Source: Patescibacteria group bacterium
Lineage (GTDB): Bacteria; Patescibacteriota; Dojkabacteria; J137
NCBI GenBank assembly: GCA_963169855.1
Contig: CAUJCN010000002.1
Coordinates: 709,608 to 773,607, forward strand
Direction of reading: 5' to 3'
DNA length: 64,000 nt
The position numbers and the translations under genes are program-made. Positions 42,183-51,255 of this stretch are shown in pieces. The notes under the pieces were generated by a model. The model was given only the letters and a program-made list of their open reading frames with translations, did not search any database and was not told where the DNA came from. Numbering within the stretch: position 1 is the stretch's first letter; the number at the start of each line of letters is the position of its first letter.

Positions 42183-42731
42183 ATGCTTTTTGATGAACTA
42201 GAGTACAGATTACAATTAGACGAAGTTGTAGATAGATTCAAAAGAAACATTTCTACTTTGAGAGCTGCGGGAGCAAGCAAAGACCTTTTTGATAACATTA
42301 TGGTAAGCGCTTATGAAACATCAATGCCAGCAAGTCAATTAGCTAGTTTTGTTTTTGATGGAGCAATTAATATTTCTGCTAAAGTGTTCGACAAGAGTAT
42401 TTCTTCCAAGGTTTGGGAGGCTCTTAGGGATGCATTGCCAGGAGCTAGCGTTGTAGATCAGGGAGACGTTATTAGAATTAATTTCAGACCGTTAACTCAG
42501 GAAGACAGAGATGCTAGAGTCAAGGATTTAAATAAAATGTTAGAAGAGGGAAGAATAGCTGCAAGATTGGTAAGACAAGAATACATGCAAAAAGTAAAAG
42601 GTGCAGACGGAGTTTCAGAAGACGAGCAAAAGCTTGCAGAGAAAGATATTCAGGAAATTCTTGATGAATATATCGAAAAGCTTGAATCAGTTTCAAAAGA
42701 AAAAGAACTGGAGCTGTCTCCAAACAAATAA
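42183..42731 (+). CDS. frr: Ribosome recycling factor
   Basis: 182 aa, RRF family (..MVSAYETSMPASQLASF.., ..QEDRDARVKDLNKMLEEGRIAARLVRQE..). Confidence 0.85.
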   Translation: MLFDELEYRLQLDEVVDRFKRNISTLRAAGASKDLFDNIMVSAYETSMPASQLASFVFDGAINISAKVFDKSISSKVWEALRDALPGASVVDQGDVIRINFRPLTQEDRDARVKDLNKMLEEGRIAARLVRQEYMQKVKGADGVSEDEQKLAEKDIQEILDEYIEKLESVSKEKELELSPNK

Positions 42732-42799
42732 CCTATGATATATTAAATGAGTTGCCTAAATCTTTAGAATTTGAAGGTTGGTAATTTGAAACTTTTGGT

Positions 42800-43948
42800 A
42801 TGTCAGGAATAATCACAATAATAGCATTACTTCTATTGATCAGCGTTCTCGTATTCGTACATGAACTTGGTCATTTTCTTGCTGCAAAATTTCAAGGAAT
42901 TCCAGTCAAAGAATTCGCAATTGGATTCGGAAAGAAAATCTTTTCATTCAAAAGAGGAGATACTGTTTATGCATTAAGATTAATTCCACTAGGAGGATTT
43001 GTTGAATTAGAAGGAGAAAGTACAGGAGAATTCAGAAACAGACCAGCGTATCAGAAGCTAATTGTAATGTTAGCTGGGGTTTTTATGAATATAGTCTTTG
43101 CAATTGTTGCATTTGGACTTTACCTTCCAAAATTGGACTATAACTTTACATTGCCAGCAATCGTTGATTTCACTTTCACTGGAACTGAAAAACAAGTTAA
43201 AGCTTTCCCTTTGACTGCATTAGAAATTCTTGATTCTAGCGCTGCAAAAGGAGATTTGGAAGTAGGAGAGAGCATAATTGGAATTAATGGTGAAAGATTC
43301 TCAAGTTTTGCTCAGTTTAAAGAAATGTTGAATGAATACAAAGGAACTGATCAAGAATTTGAATTCTTAGACTTAGAAACACTTGATACATATTCAAAAC
43401 CCGTAACTATTGGAAATCCAGAAAACGAAGATCAGGGAATACTTGGAGTATCTTTCGATGGCCAATTTAGTGAGATTGGTCAAATGGGTTATTTTGTAAA
43501 ATATAATCCATCATTCCTTTCAGGATTCTCTGTAACTTACGATATTGCAAAGTTCGAGGTTAAGGCTATCGGAAATTTGCTTTCGAATTCATTCAGAACA
43601 GGAGACTTCACAGAAGTAGGTGAAAATGTAGGTGGATTGCCAGCTATTTCTTCTCAAGTTAATCAAGTAGTAGAATTAGGTGACTTAAGCTTCTTGATTC
43701 CTCTAGCAGCGATTATAAGCATTTCTTTGGCTATCTTTAACATCCTACCTCTCCCAGCGTTAGATGGAGGACAAGCTTTGATTGTTGTGTTCGAAACTAT
43801 CACTAGAAGAAAGCTTTCTGATGAATTAATCGGTAAGATTAATCTCGCTGGATTCATCTTCTTAATTGGACTAGCAATCTTAATCAACGTTAAAGATCTC
43901 TTCCAGTTTGGTTGGTTAGATGGAATTCTAAACATTTTCAGAAGATAA
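42800..43948 (+). CDS. rseP: RIP zinc metalloprotease RseP (site-2 protease family)
   Basis: HExxH VHELGHFLAAK in TM1, a PDZ domain, and the C-terminal LNILPLPALDGG motif. Confidence 0.8.
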   Translation: MSGIITIIALLLLISVLVFVHELGHFLAAKFQGIPVKEFAIGFGKKIFSFKRGDTVYALRLIPLGGFVELEGESTGEFRNRPAYQKLIVMLAGVFMNIVFAIVAFGLYLPKLDYNFTLPAIVDFTFTGTEKQVKAFPLTALEILDSSAAKGDLEVGESIIGINGERFSSFAQFKEMLNEYKGTDQEFEFLDLETLDTYSKPVTIGNPENEDQGILGVSFDGQFSEIGQMGYFVKYNPSFLSGFSVTYDIAKFEVKAIGNLLSNSFRTGDFTEVGENVGGLPAISSQVNQVVELGDLSFLIPLAAIISISLAIFNILPLPALDGGQALIVVFETITRRKLSDELIGKINLAGFIFLIGLAILINVKDLFQFGWLDGILNIFRR

Positions 43949-43949
43949 C

Positions 43950-44636
43950 TTGATAGGTTCAAACGCTTGGGAAATAAGTAAAACAATCGTTTCTCAAATT
44001 AATTCTGAGCTTGATTCAGGAAAAGAAGTTCATGAATTAGCCGATCAGTTTTCAGCTGTTCATAATCCAATCTGTGTTGATCTTCATGGAGTTTTGATTG
44101 CATCTGAATCTTCAACATTCTCTGTCAATCCTTTGTCTATAGAATTCTTATCAAAGTTAGCTTCATTAGGTACTGTGATTATAATCACATCTAGTGAACA
44201 GCATAACTTTTTAAAAGATGCCTTAGTGCAAAGTGGTTTGCTCAACTCTGATTCGATACTTCTTACTTTTAATCAGTACTTTAAATTTATTTGTGCTCAA
44301 CATTTAAATGACGATGATCTGAAGGTAAGGGTTAGGGAAATTCATTTAGAGTATTTAAAGATTTACCCTGAAATCAGGAAAGATTTAGCGGTTGAAGCCA
44401 CTCTTGCTGAGCAAATTGAATTTGTAGATAAATTATTCCCACCAGCTATGGTGAGAAAATCTATTGCTTCTCTTTTTAGAAAGAATCACAAAATTCCCCT
44501 AATTGATGACAACGATGAAGTTGAGCAAAGCACAGGAATGCTTGGGATCAGAGTGCAATCTTGGCCAATAGGTTGCGGAGGTTGTTCATTGGAGCAGGCC
44601 TATAGTATTGTAGAAGAATATTATCGTAGCTCTTAA
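43950..44636 (+). CDS. Hypothetical protein, possibly HAD-superfamily-like
   Basis: Motif-I-like CVDLHGVL, motif-II-like IIITSS, acidic cluster LIDDNDE. Weak call. Confidence 0.3.
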   Translation: MIGSNAWEISKTIVSQINSELDSGKEVHELADQFSAVHNPICVDLHGVLIASESSTFSVNPLSIEFLSKLASLGTVIIITSSEQHNFLKDALVQSGLLNSDSILLTFNQYFKFICAQHLNDDDLKVRVREIHLEYLKIYPEIRKDLAVEATLAEQIEFVDKLFPPAMVRKSIASLFRKNHKIPLIDDNDEVEQSTGMLGIRVQSWPIGCGGCSLEQAYSIVEEYYRSS

Positions 44637-44660
44637 ATTTATACATATCGAGATATCATG

Positions 44661-44669
44661 TGATATAAT
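44661..44669 (+). promoter_or_regulatory. Extended -10 TGTGATATAAT upstream of rpsU
   Basis: tgatataat at 44661-44669. SD AAGGAGT at 44692-44698, then ATG at 44702. Confidence 0.45.
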
Positions 44670-44701
44670 TGCTTACTATTTTAATTTAGAAAAGGAGTAA
44701 T

Positions 44702-44905
44702 ATGTCAGTAGTTGTACACGATGACATGCCAATTGATTTGGCTCTTAGACTTCTCTGGAGAGAAGCTACAAGAGAAGGTGTTTTAGAGAAAAGAGAATCT
44801 TTAAGATACTATGTAGCAAAAGCTCAGAAGAAACACGAAAAAAAGAAAGTGTGGGAGAAAATGAAGAGACGAAGTAGTGCAGCAAAAAGAAAAAAGCTGA
44901 AATAA
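44702..44905 (+). CDS. rpsU: 30S ribosomal protein S21
   Basis: 67 aa, basic. ..PIDLALRLLWREATREGVLEKRESLRYYVAKAQKKHEKK.. matches the S21 pattern. Confidence 0.7.
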   Translation: MSVVVHDDMPIDLALRLLWREATREGVLEKRESLRYYVAKAQKKHEKKKVWEKMKRRSSAAKRKKLK

Positions 44906-44924
44906 TTGGATACAGATTCTAGAA

Positions 44925-44962
44925 ATCCTCTGTCCGCTAATGGCGGTTCGGAGGATTTTTTG
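44925..44962 (+). terminator. Rho-independent terminator after rpsU
   Basis: atcctctgtccgc-taat-ggcggttcggaggat hairpin followed by TTTTTT. The cap is a variant of the CCGCCATTGGCGG motif. Confidence 0.6.
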
Positions 44963-45069
44963 TTGGGTTTTTACTACAAAAACATAGACGATTTAAAGCT
45001 CAAAGCCGTATACTATTTAAGCATGAATTTTAATCTTTTTGAACTTTAAGCCTTTAAACTTTTTTGATT

Positions 45070-46590
45070 ATGGCAGATGTCCTTTATAGAAAATACAGAT
45101 CGAAATCTTTCGCGGAACTCGTAGGTCAGGAAACAACAGTAGCTGTTTTAAAAGAGGCAATCAAGCAAAATAAAATAGCTCATGCTTATCTATTTTCAGG
45201 TCCTAGAGGTACTGGAAAAACTTCTGCAGCGAGAATTTTTAGTAAAGCTATAAACTGTGAGAAATTTACAGAATTAGGTGATGTTTGCAATGAGTGCATG
45301 TATTGCAAGGCTATCAATAACGTTCAAACACAGGATGTATTAGAGATCGACGCAGCTTCAAACAGAAAGGTAGACGATATTAGAGAATTAAAGAATAACA
45401 TCGATTACCTTCCAACATTACTAAAGAAAAGAATAATTATAATAGACGAAGCTCACATGCTTACTAACGAAGCGTTCAATGCCTTGCTTAAAACTTTAGA
45501 AGAGCCACCAGAGCATATAGTATTCATTTTTGCTACAACAGAATCACATAAGATGCCGATTACTATACTCTCTAGAGTACAGAGGTTTGATTTTAAACTA
45601 GGAACAAAAACAACTATAATAAATAAGTTAGCTAATATAGCAAAACAAGAAAACTTTGAAGTTGAGGAGGCGGCTTTGGAGCTTGTTTACAAAAAATCAG
45701 GAGGAAGCTACAGAGACTCGGAGAGCTTACTGGGCAAGATTTTAAACAGCACATCGGATAATAAAGTAACTTTGGAAGAAGTGCAGAATTTGCTTGGAAT
45801 GGTTTCTGACTCAGAACTGGTTCAGATTTTAGAACTTCTCATCGATGGTAAAGTCGAAGAGTTCATTTCTTTAATTTCTAGTCAAGTTGATTCGGGATTA
45901 GATCTATCTTACTTAGTAGAGCAGCTTTTAGAAAAATGTAGAGATATGCTTCTTCAGACATTTACTACAGATAAAGTCAGATATATGAAGGTAATGAAAG
46001 TAGTTAACGCTCTGATCAAAGCCAAGAGAGATGGAAAAGAATTCACAGATAAACAATTGGTTTTAGAAATTTATTTATCGGAGCTTGGATTAGGGGATGT
46101 TCCTCCAACTAGACCTCCAGAAAGTTCTTCTAGTAAGCCAGTTGCTCCTGAACCTCAGCCTGTAAAAGCTCAAGATTTACCAAAGCCTATCGAAGAAAAG
46201 AAATTAGAGACTCCAGTTTCTACTTCAAGTATGGTTGCATCTGGAGACTTCAACCAAGCTTCATTCGAAGACACAGTCTTTGATATCCATGGAAGAGTAG
46301 GGGGGTTCATTAGCGGTTGCAGAACTAGCTATTCAGATAATAATTTAACAATTCTTGTAGATGGCGTTTGGAAGCAGAAGCAACTAATTGAGCATACAGT
46401 TACTCTAAAAGAAGCTTTAACTAGAATGGGTTTGACTCCAAATGATATACTTATTGTTGTTGATGATGCTGTTTCTGTACAACAAGTACCACAAGAAACT
46501 GTAGCAGCAGTAGTAGCTCAAGTAGAATCTGCTCCTGTTGAGGTAGGGTCTCTTGATGATAACTCAGCATTAGTCGAAGAATTCATTTAA
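45070..46590 (+). CDS. dnaX: DNA polymerase III subunit tau/gamma
   Basis: ATG at 45070 (MADVLYRKYR...). The track ORF begins at TTG 45064. Walker A GPRGTGKTS, zinc module CEKFTELGDVCNECMYC, DExx box IIDEAHM. No obvious A-AAA-AAG frameshift heptamer. Confidence 0.85.
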   Translation: MADVLYRKYRSKSFAELVGQETTVAVLKEAIKQNKIAHAYLFSGPRGTGKTSAARIFSKAINCEKFTELGDVCNECMYCKAINNVQTQDVLEIDAASNRKVDDIRELKNNIDYLPTLLKKRIIIIDEAHMLTNEAFNALLKTLEEPPEHIVFIFATTESHKMPITILSRVQRFDFKLGTKTTIINKLANIAKQENFEVEEAALELVYKKSGGSYRDSESLLGKILNSTSDNKVTLEEVQNLLGMVSDSELVQILELLIDGKVEEFISLISSQVDSGLDLSYLVEQLLEKCRDMLLQTFTTDKVRYMKVMKVVNALIKAKRDGKEFTDKQLVLEIYLSELGLGDVPPTRPPESSSSKPVAPEPQPVKAQDLPKPIEEKKLETPVSTSSMVASGDFNQASFEDTVFDIHGRVGGFISGCRTSYSDNNLTILVDGVWKQKQLIEHTVTLKEALTRMGLTPNDILIVVDDAVSVQQVPQETVAAVVAQVESAPVEVGSLDDNSALVEEFI

Positions 46591-46606
46591 ATATTAAAAA
46601 AATCAT

Positions 46607-46924
46607 ATGGGAATATTAGACATGGCAAAAATGGCACAGAAAGCTATGAAGGCAAGAAGTGCAATGTCAAAAATCAAGGCAGCTGGTAAAAATGGATCTT
46701 TAGCCATGGCTATCGATGGTCTTTACAATGTTACTGATGTAGAGGTTGATAAAGAAACTCTTAAGTCAGAAATTGGATACGAAATTGAAGATAGAGTTTT
46801 AGAAAAAGTTATCAATGTTTTCAAAAACAACATCAAAAGAGCTAGTGCTGATACTAAAAAAGCATTAGAAAAAGAGCTGCAGAACAACACAAGCATGGAT
46901 GATCTAAAGAGCATGCTTCAATAA
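46607..46924 (+). CDS. ybaB: YbaB/EbfC-family nucleoid-associated protein
   Basis: 105 aa. Conserved position between dnaX and recR. KMAQKAMKARSAMSKIKA... helical N-terminus and ..VTDVEVDKE.. core. Confidence 0.6.
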   Translation: MGILDMAKMAQKAMKARSAMSKIKAAGKNGSLAMAIDGLYNVTDVEVDKETLKSEIGYEIEDRVLEKVINVFKNNIKRASADTKKALEKELQNNTSMDDLKSMLQ

Positions 46925-46928
46925 AACT

Positions 46929-47534
46929 ATGGCTTTTCCCAAAGAGATACAAGAACTTAGTGATGCGTTTGCTTCTTTGCCTGGAATAGGTCCAAAGTTA
47001 TCCAGCAGAATAGCGTTATACCTTTCTGTGGGTGGTAAGAATTTAGCTAAGAAAATAGAGAATGACATCTCGAAAATGGTCCAGAAAATTAGATTATGTG
47101 AGCAATGCAACAATGTTTCTACAGAATCGTTATGCGAAATTTGCTCAGATTCTCAAAGAGAAAAGCTAGCAATCATAGTAGTAGAAGACTCAATGGATTT
47201 ATATAACATCGAATCAAGTGGGGCTTACAAAGGGCTTTATCACGTTATAGGCGGAGTTATTTCTCCTCTAAACGGTATAACTCCAGACAGATTATTCATT
47301 CAAAGCCTTTTTGATAGAGTAAAACAGGATTCTTCCATATCTGAAATTATTTTTGCCTTAAATCCTTCTGTTGAAGGGGAATCTACGACAATTTTCATCA
47401 AAGAAGGCCTTGCTAATATTAGCTCAAATCTAGAAATGACTCAGTTAGCAAAGGGAATTCCATTTGGGTCAGATATAGAATTTATCTCCGGGCAGACACT
47501 TAGAGACAGTCTTTACAGTAGGAATAAGATCTAA
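46929..47534 (+). CDS. recR: Recombination protein RecR
   Basis: HhH SLPGIGPKLSSRIALYL, C4 zinc finger CEQCNNVSTESLCEICSD, Toprim domain. Confidence 0.85.
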   Translation: MAFPKEIQELSDAFASLPGIGPKLSSRIALYLSVGGKNLAKKIENDISKMVQKIRLCEQCNNVSTESLCEICSDSQREKLAIIVVEDSMDLYNIESSGAYKGLYHVIGGVISPLNGITPDRLFIQSLFDRVKQDSSISEIIFALNPSVEGESTTIFIKEGLANISSNLEMTQLAKGIPFGSDIEFISGQTLRDSLYSRNKI

Positions 47535-47697
47535 AATTACTTCGTAGAAATCACAACCCTAAAATATCTAATCTCCAAAAATAGGGTTTTCAATCGTTTA
47601 ATTTTGTATTCCGTAAGTCGTTACCCCTTTTATCTTTTTCCCTTGTCCTTATTGAAGAGTTTATGTATAATTCAGTGATTGTTTTTAGGTTATATAT

Positions 47698-47982
47698 ATG
47701 CAGAAATACGAGTTAGCGTTAGTCTTGAAGCCTCTAAGTAATGAGGAAGTGAAAGACAAATTCATTAACAAACTGGAAGCTCTGGTAAAGAAGCTAGAAG
47801 GTAATGTTGGAAAGTATAACTATCTTGGAAAAAGATTGTTGGCTTATCCTATTAAAAAGCAGAAGGAAGGTTATTACCTATTCTGTAAGTTAGAAATTTC
47901 AAGAAGCCATGTTGCAGAACTGGATAAATTCTTGAACACAAACCCAGAAGTTCTTAGATCACTAAGAATCAAGGAAGATTAA
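47698..47982 (+). CDS. rpsF: 30S ribosomal protein S6
   Basis: MQKYELALVLKP.... 94 aa. First gene of rpsF-ssb-rpsR. Confidence 0.8.
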   Translation: MQKYELALVLKPLSNEEVKDKFINKLEALVKKLEGNVGKYNYLGKRLLAYPIKKQKEGYYLFCKLEISRSHVAELDKFLNTNPEVLRSLRIKED

Positions 47983-48006
47983 CTGTAATTAATTATTATT
48001 TGAAGT

Positions 48007-48471
48007 ATGTCAAAGTCTAGATCATTAAACAAAGTGATGTTAATTGGTAACTTAACAAGAAGTCCAATGTTAAAGGAAACTACTGGAGGAGTACAAATTT
48101 GCTCATTTGGATTAGCAACAAATACATCATGGAAGGACAAGGATGGAAATGTTAAAGAAAAAGCTGAATATCACAACCTAATTGCATTTAATAAATTGGC
48201 GGAAATCTGCGCAATGGTATTGGATGTTGGAATGTTGGTTTACGCAGAAGGTGAATTAAGAAACAGAGTAACAGAAGGAGAAGACGGAAAAAGACAGTAC
48301 AGAAGTGAAATCAAATTAAACGATATGTATGTTCTAGACAGTAAAGGAAAAAAGGGAGTAGGAATTGACTCAGCAAAAGCAGCAGAAGGAAGTGATATGG
48401 ATGTAGTTGCAGAAGAAGTGATTACAGAATCAACAGATTCAGATGAATTCAAAAGCGAAGATTTATTCTAA
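48007..48471 (+). CDS. ssb: Single-stranded DNA-binding protein
   Basis: OB fold LNKVMLIGNLTRSPMLKETTGGVQICSFGLATN..., acidic C-terminal tail ending DEFKSEDLF. Confidence 0.85.
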   Translation: MSKSRSLNKVMLIGNLTRSPMLKETTGGVQICSFGLATNTSWKDKDGNVKEKAEYHNLIAFNKLAEICAMVLDVGMLVYAEGELRNRVTEGEDGKRQYRSEIKLNDMYVLDSKGKKGVGIDSAKAAEGSDMDVVAEEVITESTDSDEFKSEDLF

Positions 48472-48520
48472 TCGACATTTTGAATCTTTGAATTTTATAT
48501 TTAGAAATTTTTAAAATAAC

Positions 48521-48766
48521 ATGGCTTTAAAGAAAAAAATCAAAAAGAAATACGTTCCTCAAGCAAAATTGTCTTGCCCTTTTGATGGCGATCCTAGTAG
48601 AATAGACTATAAGGATGTTTCTACTCTTAAGAAATACATTTCAACAAGAGGTAGGATTCTTCCTCCTGATAAAACAGGAATTTCTGCAAAGTGCCAAAGA
48701 AAATTCGCGCTTTCTGTAAAGAGAGCTAGATACATTGCACTATTGCCTTTTGTACAGTACGTCTAA
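48521..48766 (+). CDS. rpsR: 30S ribosomal protein S18
   Basis: ..[30 protein letters not shown]...[18 protein letters not shown]. Confidence 0.85.
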   Translation: MALKKKIKKKYVPQAKLSCPFDGDPSRIDYKDVSTLKKYISTRGRILPPDKTGISAKCQRKFALSVKRARYIALLPFVQYV

Positions 48767-48769
48767 TAA

Positions 48770-50023
48770 ATGATCAAAGAAGAGATCGAGAGCTATCAGA
48801 ACGATAGCTCTACTAAAACTATTGCACCTGTCCTAATAGCCCTTAGCTTTATTATCGGTATAGGTATCGGTGCTTTATTACTCTCAGTTTTCTCCAGTAC
48901 AGCTAAATCAGAAACAAACACAAACTCAGCTAATGTAAGTCTAGAAGATTTTATCGACGAACCTTACTTGCAGAATGTTTTGAAAATTTTCAACGAAAGA
49001 TATCTACACGAAATCCCAGATAAAAAAGAGGTTACCTACGGAATTGTAAAGGGCTTTATTTCGTCTTTAAACGACAAATACACCAGCTTTTTGGACCCAG
49101 AGGAAGCTAATCAATACCGAGAATCTAGAGACCCCTCATTCGACGGTATAGGCGTTACTTTAAAGTTTGAAGAAGGTTACACTAGAGTAGAAACTGTTCT
49201 TAAAGGCAATCCAGCAGAAGCGGCAGGAGTTTTACCTGGAGATATTATTCTAGAAGTTGATGGAGAAGCGATGGATAATCAATTTCCCACATATGTTTCT
49301 AGCAAAATCAGAGGAGAAAAAGACACTCAAGTTACTCTAAAACTTTACAGAAATGCTTCAGCAGAGATTAAAGAATTTACAATTACTAGAGCTAGAATTG
49401 AGACTTCAAATATTTCGTGGAAGGAATTAGATAATGGAGTATTCCAGATTTCTATTTCTCAATTCATTGATGTAACACCTTCTGATTTCAACAAGGCTTG
49501 GGATCAAATCGTAACTGAAATTTTACAGAAAAACTCTAATCCAACAGGAATCATCATGGATTTAAGAGGAAACCCAGGAGGATATGTAGATAGTGTAAAA
49601 CACGTCCTAGAAGAATTCCTAAAACAGGATCAAATTATGATGATGGAAAACTCAAAGATTTACGGAAAAGTTATTTATAAAGATAAGAGAGTAGGAAGAC
49701 TAGAAAACCTACCTGTATCAGTAATCGTGAACGAAGGAAGTGCATCTGCTTCTGAAATCTTCGCAACAGCTATTCAAGAAAATGAAAGAGGAAAAGTTGT
49801 TGGTAAACCTACAGTTGGAAAGGGTGTAGAGCAAGAAGTTAACGAAAGATTCGAAGATGGAAGCATCTTAGTAATGGTATTCCAAGAATGGTTAACTCCA
49901 AAAGAAAATAGAGTATCTGCAGAAAATCCTGTTAAACCAGATTTCGAAGTAGACTACACTCAAGAAAACTATTCTAACGGAATCGATCCTCAACTAGATA
50001 AAGCTATCGAGATTTTGAGATAA
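48770..50023 (+). CDS. C-terminal processing (S41, tail-specific) peptidase with a PDZ domain
   Basis: N-terminal TM, PDZ GDIILEVDGEAM, S41 catalytic region ..IIMDLRGNPGGYVD.. and ..GSASASEIFA.. (Ser/Lys dyad region). Confidence 0.75.
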   Translation: MIKEEIESYQNDSSTKTIAPVLIALSFIIGIGIGALLLSVFSSTAKSETNTNSANVSLEDFIDEPYLQNVLKIFNERYLHEIPDKKEVTYGIVKGFISSLNDKYTSFLDPEEANQYRESRDPSFDGIGVTLKFEEGYTRVETVLKGNPAEAAGVLPGDIILEVDGEAMDNQFPTYVSSKIRGEKDTQVTLKLYRNASAEIKEFTITRARIETSNISWKELDNGVFQISISQFIDVTPSDFNKAWDQIVTEILQKNSNPTGIIMDLRGNPGGYVDSVKHVLEEFLKQDQIMMMENSKIYGKVIYKDKRVGRLENLPVSVIVNEGSASASEIFATAIQENERGKVVGKPTVGKGVEQEVNERFEDGSILVMVFQEWLTPKENRVSAENPVKPDFEVDYTQENYSNGIDPQLDKAIEILR

Positions 50024-50059
50024 TCCCCCCAAAAATCCTTGTAGTGATATAATCCCCGA

Positions 50060-50491
50060 ATGGAGATCCCTAGAGATATATCTACAAACCCCAAATACCT
50101 ACTAAATGGTTTAAGAGTCTTTGGTATAGATTCTCCAGATTTAAAGATACTTAAGAGTTCCCATAGGCTGAAGATACTCAGATATCTCTTTATTGACGAG
50201 TTACCAGAGGAACTAGTTGAACTAGACGATCCTAAGTTCTACTTTTACAAATGTAGAGGTAACTTCATTCAAACTGTTATGGGTACTTTCTGGGCCTTAC
50301 TTAGATATCAACTGATAACCGATAGAGCTCTTAAAATTAAAATAAAAGATTTCTATCAATTTGTGAGAAGTCTGGACTTTACTAAAAAACTGGATAAAAG
50401 TGTAATAGAAGTTGTTAATCAAATACAAGATGATGTAATTGCGCACCTTGGACCGAAAATATTATCCTTTAATGATTCTGAGAACCTCTGA
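50060..50491 (+). CDS. Hypothetical protein (143 aa)
   Basis: Intact ORF. TGATATAAT at 50045-50053 lies only 7 nt upstream of the ATG, so the transcript may be leaderless. Confidence 0.4.
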   Translation: MEIPRDISTNPKYLLNGLRVFGIDSPDLKILKSSHRLKILRYLFIDELPEELVELDDPKFYFYKCRGNFIQTVMGTFWALLRYQLITDRALKIKIKDFYQFVRSLDFTKKLDKSVIEVVNQIQDDVIAHLGPKILSFNDSENL

Positions 50492-51199
50492 GACTTTAGA
50501 AGGGTCTGCTATAGCAACTATACTTCCTGAATTTGATATCGAATTGTATGTATACTCCGTACCATCTAATTTGTAGATGTTTCCACCATGAGATTTTAAA
50601 ATGCCATGCAGAGGAGCAATATCCCAAATATAAATCGCATCATTTGGGTAAACTACAAAATCAATTTCGCCGTTTAACATATTGATAATTGGACGATATC
50701 CTCTTTTTAAATCCTTTCGGGAGACAGTTCTAATAGGATTATTATAACTAACACCTTCTTTCTCAATTGTTCTTAGCATCCCAGAGTTTTCTGTCGTAGC
50801 ATTTTCAACTTCATCAAAGATGTTTGTGATTGGATTGTATGTAGTTCCAAAAATTACAGTTCCGTTTCTGATAATCGAAATCATAATGTTGAATCTAGCA
50901 ACCGATTTCAGAAAGTTTCTAGTGCCAGCCAATGGATCTATTGTTATAACTAAGTCATCTTTTGGATATTCTCCTGAATTCGACTCTTCAGAAATGATTT
51001 TCGCGGTAGGGAACAATTCTTGTATTCTTGGAATTAGAAAATCTTGCGACTTTAAGTCAGTAGAAGTTACTGGAGAACCGTCAGCTTTTGTTTCTGTGGT
51101 GAAGTTTCTAGATAGGAAATCTTCTTCAATCATTCTTCCTGTCTCGATTATGGCGTTACGAAGCTTTTCTAGTAAATCTTTTTCAAGTGATTCTATCAT
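50462..51199 (-). CDS. Inositol monophosphatase / CysQ-family phosphatase (3'-phosphoadenosine 5'-phosphate phosphatase-like)
   Basis: IMPase motifs ISEESNSGEY, VITIDPLAGTRNF, and the C-terminal WDIAPLHGIL (WD-x-AA-G region). Confidence 0.65.
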   Translation of the reverse strand: MIESLEKDLLEKLRNAIIETGRMIEEDFLSRNFTTETKADGSPVTSTDLKSQDFLIPRIQELFPTAKIISEESNSGEYPKDDLVITIDPLAGTRNFLKSVARFNIMISIIRNGTVIFGTTYNPITNIFDEVENATTENSGMLRTIEKEGVSYNNPIRTVSRKDLKRGYRPIINMLNGEIDFVVYPNDAIYIWDIAPLHGILKSHGGNIYKLDGTEYTYNSISNSGSIVAIADPSKVSEVLRIIKG

Positions 51200-51255
51200 G
51201 TGTGAATTTTAACACTTCAATAGCTTAAAAGCTTAAAATCAGCTAAAATACCAGT

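Noticed and set aside
44906-45069. SRP RNA (ffs) in its frequent position immediately upstream of dnaX
   Set aside because: The only structured element is a ~35-nt hairpin followed by a T tract (the rpsU terminator). No SRP domain IV motifs (AGGUC…GGAAG…CAGC) were found, and the region is too short.
45410-46400. Programmed -1 frameshift site in dnaX producing a gamma subunit
   Set aside because: No A-AAA-AAG-type slippery heptamer with a downstream stem-loop is present in the region corresponding to the domain III/IV boundary. A single tau product seems more likely, though this cannot be excluded.
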